In this document: in pieces, positions 45,677 to 54,894 of the stretch
How positions within the stretch are numbered: position 1 is the first letter of the stretch
How the letters are laid out: each line of letters begins with the position of its first letter
Virus record (IMG/VR): IMGVR_UViG_3300021399_000009
Span: 1 to 64,000 of that record
DNA: 64,000 bases
Source of the DNA: a virus
Lineage: Duplodnaviria; Caudoviricetes
Strand: one strand, 5' to 3'
Translations under genes and position numbers: made by a program
Notes under the pieces: model-generated
What the model was told of the DNA's origin: nothing
Databases searched by the model: none
The model's input: the letters and a program-made list of their open reading frames with translations, nothing else

Positions 45677-46390
45677 GTGATAGCGATGAAATTTACTTCA
45701 TCATTCATCCGAGGCTTTATAGCCTCAACAGCATTTATTATTTTACTTGGTGTTTGCTTAGTAGGAATTGGCAAACGTGCAAGCACAGACACGACAAACA
45801 CGCAGAGTATAATTCCTACAATGGCAGAATCAACTTGTTTGACTACAGTTTTCACAACCACCACAACTACCACAACTGAGTCCACAACAACTACTACAAC
45901 AAGCACATCCACAAGTACTTCAACATCAACAAGTACTTCAACAAGCACAACAACTACTACCACCACAACAGCAATTGAACTGACAACAGAAGTTCAGATT
46001 CAGACAACAGAGTGTATACAAACAGAGCGTGTAGAAACCTATGATGTTACTGATACTTGTTCATTTTTATCAGAGCAAGATTGGATTTTAATTAGCAATG
46101 TTATATCACACGAAGCAGGTAGTTTACATATATCAACCTACGAACGTTCCTGTATTGTAGCAGCTATTATGAATAGGGTATATGATAGTAGATTCCCAAA
46201 TACAGTTGACGAAGTTGTACATCAGGCAGGACAGATGTTCGATGTACCATATTATAGAGTTGACTACTCAGGCATAGGATATGAACCTATTGACGAAGCA
46301 ATAAGAATGTATCTCGCTAATCCAGATGGCTATGGTAATATCAATAGTTGGAGTGGTGACGGTTATCATAATTATTTTAGTCGTAAGTAA
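45677..46390 (+). CDS. Membrane-anchored SleB/Hydrolase_2-like cell wall hydrolase with Thr/Ser-rich stalk
   Basis: TM helix, poly-T/S linker, ISHEAG..IMNRV....FPNTV.EVV.Q.GQ. Confidence 0.82.
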   Translation: MIAMKFTSSFIRGFIASTAFIILLGVCLVGIGKRASTDTTNTQSIIPTMAESTCLTTVFTTTTTTTTESTTTTTTSTSTSTSTSTSTSTSTTTTTTTTAIELTTEVQIQTTECIQTERVETYDVTDTCSFLSEQDWILISNVISHEAGSLHISTYERSCIVAAIMNRVYDSRFPNTVDEVVHQAGQMFDVPYYRVDYSGIGYEPIDEAIRMYLANPDGYGNINSWSGDGYHNYFSRK

Positions 46391-46397
46391 AGGAGAC

Positions 46398-46625
46398 ATG
46401 ATGCGAGACAAGTATAGGTTATTTAAGTTCTACGAAGAACTTAGAGAAATACATATGAAGTATTTCCCCGATTGGCGTTTTGGACAGATGATAAGCAACG
46501 TATTAGTTGATTGGCGTTTTAAAACAGGGAGAGATATTTTCTTTCCAGAGGAAGATGAAATGATACAAATTTTTAAAGATTATATAAAGGAGAACGGATA
46601 TGATAAAAAAGACAATCCTTCTTGA
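46398..46625 (+). CDS. Hypothetical protein
   Basis: PDWRFGQ motif; AAGGAG RBS. Confidence 0.7.
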   Translation: MMRDKYRLFKFYEELREIHMKYFPDWRFGQMISNVLVDWRFKTGRDIFFPEEDEMIQIFKDYIKENGYDKKDNPS

Positions 46626-46830
46626 TGATGTAAAGAAGGTATCAAACTTTGTAAATGAAACTTTTAAGTTCAAGGGAGACATCACTGTTAAACATGGTAA
46701 GTATATAGTCAATGGTCGTTCACTTCTTGGGCTTATGTCATTAGATTTATCTAAGCCTCTTACTTGTGAAATTGAAGAAAGAGAAGAACAAATTTGGAAT
46801 GTAAACTGCAAGAGATTCGAGGTACAGTAA
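46600..46830 (+). CDS. HPr-family (PTS phosphocarrier-like) protein lacking His15
   Basis: F..DI.V....VNGRSLLGLMSL matches the Ser46 region. Confidence 0.75.
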   Translation: MIKKTILLDDVKKVSNFVNETFKFKGDITVKHGKYIVNGRSLLGLMSLDLSKPLTCEIEEREEQIWNVNCKRFEVQ

Positions 46831-47534
46831 TGAACGTTGAGCTTATTTCTTGGACGAAAGACCCACTTATGACTTGTGCAAAAGCAGCAAGTGTTTGCTA
46901 TGATTCTGAGCCAAGTTTAAAAATAATTAAGGGTTGTATTAAATCAAGGCATCTTTCTGTACTTGAACCCGCAAGTTTTATATTTAAGATAAGCGGTATA
47001 TCTCGTAGCTGTTCACATCAGCTTGTTCGTCACAGAATAGCTTCATACTCTCAGCAGAGTCAGAGGTATGTAAAATTAGATAATCCAACTTGGGTATTAC
47101 CTACTAACTATATGCCCTATGATGACGAAACAGAACGACTTGAAAAGGTTATGCTTGCAAGCTGTGAAAAATCCCTTGAAGCATATGAAGAAATTTTAGA
47201 GCTTGATAACGAAAATAATAATGATACTGCTCGTTGTGTTCTTCCAAATGCAACACCTACTACAATTGTTGTTACAATGAATATCAGAACACTTATGAAT
47301 TTCTTTAATGAAAGATTGTGTAGTAGAGCTTCGAGAGAAATCAGACAAGTTGCTATTAAAATGAAGAAGGCTATTTTAAACTGTCCTGATATAACAGCAG
47401 AAGAAGCTGATATTCTTGATAACATATTTGTTCCTAAATGCGAAAGATATGACATTCCATTCTGCCCTGAGATACAGTGTTGCGGTAGACATAAGAGACT
47501 TAAAGAAATAGTAAAGGAGGAGTACATCAAATGA
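46830..47534 (+). CDS. thyX: FAD-dependent thymidylate synthase
   Basis: HLSVLE, ISRSCSHQLVRHR, SQQSQRY, ARCVLP, ERLC..A..EIR. Confidence 0.95.
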   Translation: MNVELISWTKDPLMTCAKAASVCYDSEPSLKIIKGCIKSRHLSVLEPASFIFKISGISRSCSHQLVRHRIASYSQQSQRYVKLDNPTWVLPTNYMPYDDETERLEKVMLASCEKSLEAYEEILELDNENNNDTARCVLPNATPTTIVVTMNIRTLMNFFNERLCSRASREIRQVAIKMKKAILNCPDITAEEADILDNIFVPKCERYDIPFCPEIQCCGRHKRLKEIVKEEYIK

Positions 47535-48079
47535 AGCCATTAATAGCATTAATAGGAACAAGTGGTTCTGGGAAAACAACGCTTGCAAACAAGCTTCAAA
47601 GAAAATATGGATATACTTCTGTAAAATCCTATACCACGAGAGCAATAAGGAATGACCCAGAAGATGCTTTAAGTCATACATTTATTTCACCTGACCGAGT
47701 AGCAGATTACAAAAAAGATATTGTTGCTGATAATTGGTACAACGGTAATTATTATTTTTGCACAAAGCAGCAACTTGATACGTCAGACATATACGTTACG
47801 GACAGAGAGGGTTTAATAAAAATATACAATAATTATATTGGTAAAGACATTATTGCAATCTATCTTGATGTTCCTCCTGAGATTGTTGCCAAACGTATGG
47901 AGCAACGTGGAGATAGTAACGAATCTATTTTATCAAGGTTGCAGTATGATTCAAAAGCATTTGAAGGAGCAAAGGAACTGTGTGATTTCGTTTGTTTAAA
48001 TTGCACTCAGGAACAGCAAGGAGATATTTGTGAATTTATAAATATGCTTTTTAAATACAGAGGTGGTACTAATGATTAA
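47531..48079 (+). CDS. Guanylate kinase-like NMP kinase
   Basis: GTSGSGKT, SYTTR, RM..RGD. Confidence 0.8.
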   Translation: MKPLIALIGTSGSGKTTLANKLQRKYGYTSVKSYTTRAIRNDPEDALSHTFISPDRVADYKKDIVADNWYNGNYYFCTKQQLDTSDIYVTDREGLIKIYNNYIGKDIIAIYLDVPPEIVAKRMEQRGDSNESILSRLQYDSKAFEGAKELCDFVCLNCTQEQQGDICEFINMLFKYRGGTND

Positions 48080-48278
48080 AGTTCACGTAAGTACAATTTT
48101 CAATAGTGCAACAATAGAACTCTTAAATTTCTTGGACGAAAGAGATATTTCATACGAGGTCGAAAGGGTTAGTACCGAGTGGGTAGGGAGTCACAAAGTG
48201 AAGTCCTTGCCTGTAGTCGAGGTAGATGGAGAAATACTTTCAATGAAGAAGATAATGAAACGATTGAAAAAGAGGTGA
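48072..48278 (+). CDS. Glutaredoxin-fold-like protein without CxxC
   Basis: LD...ISYE...SLPVVEVDG; no Cys. Confidence 0.55.
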   Translation: MIKVHVSTIFNSATIELLNFLDERDISYEVERVSTEWVGSHKVKSLPVVEVDGEILSMKKIMKRLKKR

Positions 48279-48282
48279 CAAT

Positions 48283-48498
48283 ATGACCATAACTTTATTT
48301 ACAATAGATTGTCCTAATTGTAAGAGGCTTGAAGAAAAGCTTATTTCATTTGGCTTTCAGTTTTCGATTTGTAAAGATAAGAATATAATGGCAGAACGAG
48401 GAATGACCCATTTGCCTGTACTTGAAGTAGATGGAACAAGCATGAGTTTTAAAGAAGCAATAAAATGGATTAACGACCAAAGAAAGGGGACGATGTAA
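48283..48498 (+). CDS. NrdH/glutaredoxin-like protein
   Basis: CPNC, LPVLEVDG. Confidence 0.85.
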   Translation: MTITLFTIDCPNCKRLEEKLISFGFQFSICKDKNIMAERGMTHLPVLEVDGTSMSFKEAIKWINDQRKGTM

Positions 48499-50352
48499 AT
48501 GTACGCAGAAAAATACGAAAAGTATCGTAATAAGATTGATTTTATAAACAGTTATAGAAAAGCAAAGAACGCAGCAACAGGTTCTAAGTATGATAGCAAC
48601 GCAAACGTAGAACATAAAAATATTTGTACTTGTGCAGGAGAGCTTGTAAAAGGAGATAAGATAGGTGTTAACCGTCTGCTTATGATAAATAAGATAACAG
48701 AAATGTGGGGCAAAGAACTTGCAGATGAATATATCAGACAGCTTGAATCTCACGAAATTTACAAACACGATGAAACAAATATATCACCGTACTGCGTTGC
48801 TATAACAATGTACCCTTTTCTTCTTAATGGTTTAAGAGAGCTTGGTGGTGTTTCAAAAGCTCCTAAACATATTGAATCCTTTTGCGGTGAGTTTATTAAT
48901 CTTGTTTATGCCATAGCCGCTCAATTTGCTGGTGCGGTGGCTACTCCCGAAGTTCTTCTTTACATGGACTATTTTATAAGAAAAGATTACGGAGATGATT
49001 ACATAAATCATCTTGACGAATATGTTACCCCACCTTTTGCGAAAAATCCTAAGACACTTAAACAGTTAATTGAAGGATATTTCCAGCAGATAGTTCATAG
49101 TATTAATCAGCCAGCAGCAGCAAGAGATTACCAGTCTTGTTTCTGGAATGTTTCTTATTTTGATAAGCCTTATTTTGAAGGTATGTTTGGAGAGTTCCTT
49201 TTTCCTGATGAAACAGAACCTATATGGGAAACATTTAACTGGTTACAGAAACACTTTATGATTTGGGTTAATACCGAAAGATTACACTATGACCTTTCTT
49301 TCCCTGTCGAAACAGTTAATCTTCTTAATGATGGTAAAGAAGATTTTGTTGACGAAGATTGGGGCGATTTTCAAGCAGAAATGTACTCGAAGGGTGCTTG
49401 GTTCTTCACATATTCAAGCAATACAGTTGATAGTCTCAGCTCGTGTTGTCGCCTGAGAAATGAGGTAAGTGAAAACACATTTAGTTTTACCCTTGGTGCA
49501 GGAGGTGTGTCAACAGGTTCTAAGGGAGTAATGACTATTAACATAAATAGGCTCGTGCAAAACGCTGTACGTGATGGCAAGGACATCTCCGAAGCTGTCA
49601 GAGAACAGGTTAAAAAAGTTCATAAATACCTTGCAGCTTATAATGAAATAGTGTGGGACAACTTCAAGGCAAATATGCTTACTGTTTACAAGGCTGGATT
49701 TATTGACCTCGACAAGCAGTACCTCACTATTGGAATCAATGGATTTGTTGAAGGTGCGGAGTTTCTTGGTATTGAAATTTCACCCAATGATGCTTATTTT
49801 GAATACGGTGAAAAGGTATTAAAGCCTATTTACGAAGAAAATAAAAAAGCAAAAACGGAACACTTAATGTTTAACACAGAGTTCGTTCCTGCTGAGAATC
49901 TGGGAGTAAAGAACGCCAAATGGGACAAGGAAGATGGATATGTAGTTCCAAGAGATTGTTACAATTCTTACTTCTATATTGTTGAAGATGAAACAACAGA
50001 TATACTTTCTAAGTTTGAACTTCACGGTAAGAAGCTCACTAAGTATCTCGATGGTGGTAGTGCGTTACATAATAACCTTGCAGAACATCTCACAAAGGAA
50101 CAGTACGCAATACTTAATAAAAAGGCTATCAAGGAAGGCTGCTCATACTATACACACAATGTAAAAAATACAGTATGTAATAAGTGCGATTATCGTTCTA
50201 AGCATACACTTGATATTTGTCCTCGTTGCGGAAGTCGTGACCTTGATTACATAACAAGAATTATAGGTTATACAAAAAGGACATCTTCTTTTGCAGAACC
50301 AAGACAAAAAGAAGAAGGCAGAAGATTTTATGGGAAGTATGCAAAGGCTTAA
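48499..50352 (+). CDS. nrdD: Anaerobic (class III) ribonucleotide reductase, no ATP cone
   Basis: IYKHD, SSCCRL, EFVPAE, GGS, CNKC/CPRC, RIIGY glycyl-radical loop. Confidence 0.93.
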   Translation: MYAEKYEKYRNKIDFINSYRKAKNAATGSKYDSNANVEHKNICTCAGELVKGDKIGVNRLLMINKITEMWGKELADEYIRQLESHEIYKHDETNISPYCVAITMYPFLLNGLRELGGVSKAPKHIESFCGEFINLVYAIAAQFAGAVATPEVLLYMDYFIRKDYGDDYINHLDEYVTPPFAKNPKTLKQLIEGYFQQIVHSINQPAAARDYQSCFWNVSYFDKPYFEGMFGEFLFPDETEPIWETFNWLQKHFMIWVNTERLHYDLSFPVETVNLLNDGKEDFVDEDWGDFQAEMYSKGAWFFTYSSNTVDSLSSCCRLRNEVSENTFSFTLGAGGVSTGSKGVMTININRLVQNAVRDGKDISEAVREQVKKVHKYLAAYNEIVWDNFKANMLTVYKAGFIDLDKQYLTIGINGFVEGAEFLGIEISPNDAYFEYGEKVLKPIYEENKKAKTEHLMFNTEFVPAENLGVKNAKWDKEDGYVVPRDCYNSYFYIVEDETTDILSKFELHGKKLTKYLDGGSALHNNLAEHLTKEQYAILNKKAIKEGCSYYTHNVKNTVCNKCDYRSKHTLDICPRCGSRDLDYITRIIGYTKRTSSFAEPRQKEEGRRFYGKYAKA

Positions 50353-50827
50353 ATATCTTGGTCGCTCCATAGTTTTTCAAGAAGTACCAAATGAAATAAG
50401 TCTTGCTATAAACGTTAGTGGTTGCCCTTACAAATGTAAGGGTTGCCACAGCTCTTATTTGTGGGATTACAAGGGTAGATACGTCAGTGATGATATTAAA
50501 GCATTAATAGATATGCACGATGGCATTACTTGTGTTTGTTTTATGGGTGGCGACCAAAACCCACAAGAGCTTAATAAGCTAATAGATTATATCCATTCAA
50601 GGGGACTAAAAGTTTGTTTATATACTGGAACAGACAACATTCCAAAAGATATATTTCATTTGGATTATCTTAAAATAGGTCATTACTCAGAAGAGCTTGG
50701 AGGGCTTGACAAACCAACAACAAATCAAAAATTTTATGTTGTACATGATGACAAAGAATACTTTGATATGACTATTATGTTTAGAAAGGAAATGCAAAAT
50801 GTCATTAAAGATAATAAAGAATCCTGA
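50339..50827 (+). CDS. nrdG: Anaerobic RNR activating radical SAM protein
   Basis: FQEVP, GCPYKCKGCH, MGGD, LYTG, TTNQ. Confidence 0.9.
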   Translation: MQRLKYLGRSIVFQEVPNEISLAINVSGCPYKCKGCHSSYLWDYKGRYVSDDIKALIDMHDGITCVCFMGGDQNPQELNKLIDYIHSRGLKVCLYTGTDNIPKDIFHLDYLKIGHYSEELGGLDKPTTNQKFYVVHDDKEYFDMTIMFRKEMQNVIKDNKES

Positions 50828-50996
50828 CGAGAATATTTACAATGAAGTTACAGAAGCAGTAATGTCAAATGGGCGTTACTGTCCGTGTCGCCTCGAAAAA
50901 ACTCCTGATACTCTTTGTCCTTGTAAAGAATTTAGAGAGCAAACTGAAATAGGAGAGTGCCATTGTGGTCGCTTCTGTAAAATAGAGGAGAACTAA
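50799..50996 (+). CDS. Ferredoxin:thioredoxin reductase catalytic-chain-like protein
   Basis: YCPC...CPC...CHC signature. Confidence 0.8.
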   Translation: MSLKIIKNPDENIYNEVTEAVMSNGRYCPCRLEKTPDTLCPCKEFREQTEIGECHCGRFCKIEEN

Positions 50997-50997
50997 T

Positions 50998-51246
50998 ATG
51001 TGCGAAGAGTGTAGACACAACCCTTGTGTTCCAGCTTGTCCAAATTACGAACCACCTATAGCATATGAATGTGATAATTGCGGTGGTGCTATTTACGCAG
51101 GAGACACAGTTTACGTACTCAATAATAATCATTATTGTGAATACTGCTGTTACAAGACCGAAGCAGAAATACCAGAGCCAGATGATGATGATTTGATGTA
51201 CGAACGTTGGCGTGATAGAAAGTGGGAGCAAGAACACGATGTTTGA
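50998..51246 (+). CDS. Cys-rich small protein
   Basis: CEEC..C...CPN, CDNC, CEYC. Confidence 0.7.
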   Translation: MCEECRHNPCVPACPNYEPPIAYECDNCGGAIYAGDTVYVLNNNHYCEYCCYKTEAEIPEPDDDDLMYERWRDRKWEQEHDV

Positions 51247-51439
51247 TGAAACAGTTTGTAGTGAATTTACAATTGATAAGAATTATTTCTTATGGTTAAC
51301 ATACACTACCGAAAGCGGCAAAGTATGGTATATCACATCTAATAAGCAACGGACTGAATATCAGCTCTGGAAGGAAAACAAGAAAACAAAATACAAAAGT
51401 GACAATCCAACTGACCTTTATAAGTATATTAAAGAATAA
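51239..51439 (+). CDS. Small hypothetical protein
   Basis: GGGAG RBS before ATG 51239. Confidence 0.6.
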   Translation: MFDETVCSEFTIDKNYFLWLTYTTESGKVWYITSNKQRTEYQLWKENKKTKYKSDNPTDLYKYIKE

Positions 51440-51453
51440 TGGAGGAATAAAAA

Positions 51454-51723
51454 ATGAATAACGAAAAGATTATGGGATTTGACCACGCACTTGCTGATAT
51501 TGACAAACAGATTGAAGGACTGTATGCAAAGAGAGCAGAAATCGAAAACAGAATGGAACAGGTAAGAAAGGAGGCAGAAGAAAAGCACAAGGCAGAACGA
51601 ACGGAGGCGTATCAGACAATCGAGGAATTGATTGATAACTACAATGAAAAGTATCACGGTAGTCTTGTGTTAATGGAGCGTTTTGATGTCAATAAATTGC
51701 TTTCTCGATACGGACTTATATGA
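51454..51723 (+). CDS. Coiled-coil hypothetical protein
   Basis: GGAGG RBS. Confidence 0.7.
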   Translation: MNNEKIMGFDHALADIDKQIEGLYAKRAEIENRMEQVRKEAEEKHKAERTEAYQTIEELIDNYNEKYHGSLVLMERFDVNKLLSRYGLI

Positions 51724-51726
51724 GGT

Positions 51727-52314
51727 ATGAAAATGAAGATTGGTATAGATATAGATTGTGTTTGTGTTAATACAACAGAGTGTCTTGTTAATTATATTAA
51801 TGAACGTTTACCAGTTAATCTTAACCTCAATGATATAACTACATATTCCATCGAAGCTGCTCTCCCAGAGCAGTATCGATGGATTGTAGATGCTGGATTC
51901 AGAGATTCAAAAATGTGGAAGAAGATTGAAATGATACCATACTGTGCCGAAACAATCGAACAGTTATACAAAGATGGTTTTGAAATCTATTTTGTAACAA
52001 GTTCACTTCCTGAGAATCTAAGAAAGAAAATTAATCATCTGACAAGAAATATGCCGTTCTTTCCAAAGGACTTTGTATGGCGACATACAATCAATATACA
52101 AGACAAGAGCTTACTTGACTTAGACATCCTAATTGATGATTGCTTGGGACACCTTTTAAATGAACGTAGACATTACAAGTCTATCGCTCTTGACTATCCT
52201 TGGAATCAGCTTGATGAATCTAATGAACCAAATGATTTTTATAGATGCAAGAACTGGCGAGAGATATACTATTTAATCAAAGACATCGAAGACATCGAAA
52301 GGAACTGCTTCTAA
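51727..52314 (+). CDS. HAD-family 5'(3')-deoxyribonucleotidase (NT5C-like)
   Basis: IGIDIDCV, FVTS, K, LIDD, PWN. Confidence 0.85.
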   Translation: MKMKIGIDIDCVCVNTTECLVNYINERLPVNLNLNDITTYSIEAALPEQYRWIVDAGFRDSKMWKKIEMIPYCAETIEQLYKDGFEIYFVTSSLPENLRKKINHLTRNMPFFPKDFVWRHTINIQDKSLLDLDILIDDCLGHLLNERRHYKSIALDYPWNQLDESNEPNDFYRCKNWREIYYLIKDIEDIERNCF

Positions 52315-52370
52315 AAGAGCATAACGGATATAGTTGGTGACATAATATACATATATAAGGAGAGATAATA

Positions 52371-52805
52371 ATGGAAGTTAATATTACTAAATTAAACACA
52401 AATGCAACAATTCCCACAAGAGGTAGCTCTCAGGCTGCTGGATATGACCTTTATGCTTGCATTGATGAGCCTGTTGTGATTTATCCACACTCTACCGTTA
52501 AGATTGGCACGGGTCTTGCTATTGAAATTCCCGAAGGATATTTCGGTGCTATATTTGCAAGAAGCGGACTTGCAACAAAGAAAGGTCTTAGACCATCAAA
52601 TTGCGTGGGTGTGGTGGACAGTGACTACAGAGGCGAATGTATAGTTGCACTTCACAATGATACAGATGTGTATATGTCAATTGAACCGCATGAACGAATG
52701 GCACAGCTTGTGATACAGCCTTATCTTTCGGTTGAATTTACTGAGGTTGATGAATTATCAAATACAGAACGTGGCTCTGGTGGTTTTGGTTCTTCGGGCA
52801 AGTAA
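52371..52805 (+). CDS. dut: Trimeric dUTPase
   Basis: AAGYDL, ARSGLA, GVVDSDYRGE, AQL, RGSGGFGSSG. Confidence 0.96.
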   Translation: MEVNITKLNTNATIPTRGSSQAAGYDLYACIDEPVVIYPHSTVKIGTGLAIEIPEGYFGAIFARSGLATKKGLRPSNCVGVVDSDYRGECIVALHNDTDVYMSIEPHERMAQLVIQPYLSVEFTEVDELSNTERGSGGFGSSGK

Positions 52806-52831
52806 ACTAAATTCACGTTGGGAGGAAGTAT

Positions 52832-52930
52832 ATGAACGAACAAGACTGGTTGCAAGCTATAGTTTCAATACTTATACTTCGCAACGTAATCACAAAAGAA
52901 GAAGGAGAAAAAATTAAGGGGAGCAAATAA
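52832..52930 (+). CDS. 32-aa SHOCT-like peptide, candidate recombination directionality factor
   Basis: GGAGG RBS; MNEQDWLQAIVSILILRNVITKEEGEKIKGSK; converges on the integrase. Confidence 0.5.
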   Translation: MNEQDWLQAIVSILILRNVITKEEGEKIKGSK

Positions 52931-52944
52931 GCTCCCCTTAATTT
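52911..52944. terminator. Bidirectional terminator
   Basis: 14-bp perfect stem aaattaaggggagc/gctccccttaattt at the junction of convergent genes. Confidence 0.8.
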
Positions 52945-54668
52945 ATTATTATAGATATATTAACGTGATATGTAAATATAACATTGTTCTTTCCGAATAT
53001 TCTAATAACATTTAATTGTTGTTCTGGTATCATTTTACAGAAGATGACCCCAGAACTACGATTAAACGAGCAATGAGATTCGCCAAAATTCATTATAATA
53101 TTAAGCTCCATGTTTTTCTTATCAACTGATGTTACCTCTATACGTTCTAAAAACATACCTACAAGAATGTCAACTTCTTTTTGTGTCAACTTTCCATTGA
53201 GTATATCATTAATAGTTTTTCTTACTTGAACTAATCTTTTTTCAATGTCTTTATATGAGGATTGATTATCTACTAACGATTTACGTTTATGTTCAAGTTC
53301 ATCAAGTTCGGTACTTAAACTATCATTTCGTTTTTTAAAATCTACTTTGTTTATATCTCCGCTCATATATAAATCTAATAGCATTTCTTTCTTGTGTTCT
53401 ATATTATTCTGTTGTGCAACAATCTTGTCGATTGATTCCTTTGAGTTATTGTCGCTTAAAGCAGCTTTACATAATGACATAAATTTGTCAGTGTAATCAC
53501 TTAGATTCTTTAAGTTTGTAACAAAACATTTTGAAAGAATATCATATATTTCTGTTTCATAAATAGCAAATGTAGGACAAGTAGCCGAACCCTTGCTTCT
53601 CTTTTCTCTACATATATATTGATAGATATTTTGACCTTTGTGTAGCCTGTGACTATAACTTGTTCGCCAGAATGGGGCTTGACAATGTGTACAAAACAGT
53701 TTGCCCGAAAGAACGGAAGTCGTTTTCTGTCCTCGACCTCTACTCTTTACTTCTTCACTTCTTGCTTTAAATAAACAATTTGCCTTATTCCAAAGTTCTT
53801 CGCTTACAATGGCAGGAACAATTTCACCTGTTTCGTCTTTGTAGACTATCCAATCACTCTCAGGCAAAAACACTTGTTCCTTGGTTCGATAATCAGCTAT
53901 CTTTACCTTGTTACCACAGTAGTACCCCTTGTACTTAGGATTGTTTAAAATACCAGATATGGTATTGTGACTAATTGGAGTACCGTTTCTTGAAGTAATC
54001 CCTTTTGCGGTAAGCTGACGTTGAATTTCTCGTAAAGCATATATTCCTGTCGCATACTGTTCAAATATAAACCTTACTATTTCAGCTTCTTTTTCATTGA
54101 TAATCAATCTACCATTGAACTTATCATATCCATAGATACGACTATTACCCATAACAACGCCCTTCTGAATAGATTGCTTGTGTCCAAACTTAACTCTTTC
54201 AGATAACTTACGCACTTCATCTTGTGCAATAGAAGCCATTATGGTTAAACGAAACTCAGCATCACTATCTACTGTATTTATATTGTCGTTTTGAAAGAAT
54301 ACACCCACACCATTTCGCAACAGCTCTCTTGTATAAGTCAAGCTATCAATTGTATTTCTTGCAAAACGAGATACCTCTTTTGTAAGAATTAAATCAAATT
54401 TGCCATTCTTACCATCCTCAATCATACGCATAAAGTTCTCACGATTGGCTGCTGATTCACCACGAACTCTATCAACATATCCTTCAATATATGTCCAGTT
54501 AGGATGCTCTTTTATCATTTTATCAAAGTGCTCTATCTGATGTTCAACAGAACTATCCTGTTCTTCTTTGAGTGTTGACACTCTAACATAATAAGTAACT
54601 TTTATATCAAGGTCAAAGATTGTTTTATGGTTCTGCCTCATATAATTAACAGTACTATAAATGTCCAT
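52938..54668 (-). CDS. Large serine recombinase (phage integrase)
   Basis: YVRVST (catalytic Ser), SRFARN, YGY, NPKYKG, PAIVSEELW, CTHC..C..C zinc ribbon, coiled coil. Confidence 0.95.
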   Translation of the reverse strand: MDIYSTVNYMRQNHKTIFDLDIKVTYYVRVSTLKEEQDSSVEHQIEHFDKMIKEHPNWTYIEGYVDRVRGESAANRENFMRMIEDGKNGKFDLILTKEVSRFARNTIDSLTYTRELLRNGVGVFFQNDNINTVDSDAEFRLTIMASIAQDEVRKLSERVKFGHKQSIQKGVVMGNSRIYGYDKFNGRLIINEKEAEIVRFIFEQYATGIYALREIQRQLTAKGITSRNGTPISHNTISGILNNPKYKGYYCGNKVKIADYRTKEQVFLPESDWIVYKDETGEIVPAIVSEELWNKANCLFKARSEEVKSRGRGQKTTSVLSGKLFCTHCQAPFWRTSYSHRLHKGQNIYQYICREKRSKGSATCPTFAIYETEIYDILSKCFVTNLKNLSDYTDKFMSLCKAALSDNNSKESIDKIVAQQNNIEHKKEMLLDLYMSGDINKVDFKKRNDSLSTELDELEHKRKSLVDNQSSYKDIEKRLVQVRKTINDILNGKLTQKEVDILVGMFLERIEVTSVDKKNMELNIIMNFGESHCSFNRSSGVIFCKMIPEQQLNVIRIFGKNNVIFTYHVNISIIIN

Positions 54669-54690
54669 AACATCGCCCCCCCTTAATATA

Positions 54691-54720
54691 ATTATACCAT
54701 AGAAAATATAGATAAATCAA
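54691..54720 (-). promoter_or_regulatory. Probable integrase promoter
   Basis: Reverse strand TTGATT-18 bp-TATAAT with extended -10 TG. Confidence 0.55.
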
Positions 54721-54721
54721 G

Positions 54722-54768
54722 AAAAAAATAGGGGATAACAAGTTTTATTTTTACTTGTTATCCCCTAT
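54722..54768 (-). terminator. Terminator of the late/lysis operon
   Basis: 16-bp stem ataggggataacaagt/acttgttatcccctat followed by a T-run on the minus strand. Confidence 0.8.
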
Positions 54769-54771
54769 AAA

Positions 54772-54894
54772 TTATCCAAAAAGAAGCTCCTTAATTTTCT
54801 GCCAAATAGACTTCTGTTCTGTTTTTGGTAACGTTTTTGTACCAGATTTTTTTCTCCAATATTTTTTCTTTTTAACTGTAATCTTCTGTCCCAT
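54772..54894 (-). CDS. 40-aa basic peptide (not in ORF track)
   Basis: MGQKITVKKKKYWRKK...WQKIKELLFG; GAGGTG RBS. Confidence 0.5.
   Translation of the reverse strand: MGQKITVKKKKYWRKKSGTKTLPKTEQKSIWQKIKELLFG

Noticed and set aside
45646-45966. Poly-Val minus-strand ORF
   Set aside because: Antisense shadow of the Thr-rich ACN codon run in the hydrolase stalk
54728-54768. Inverted repeat as attP
   Set aside because: A perfect GC-rich stem with a T-run fits an intrinsic terminator better; attP cannot be assigned without an integrated reference
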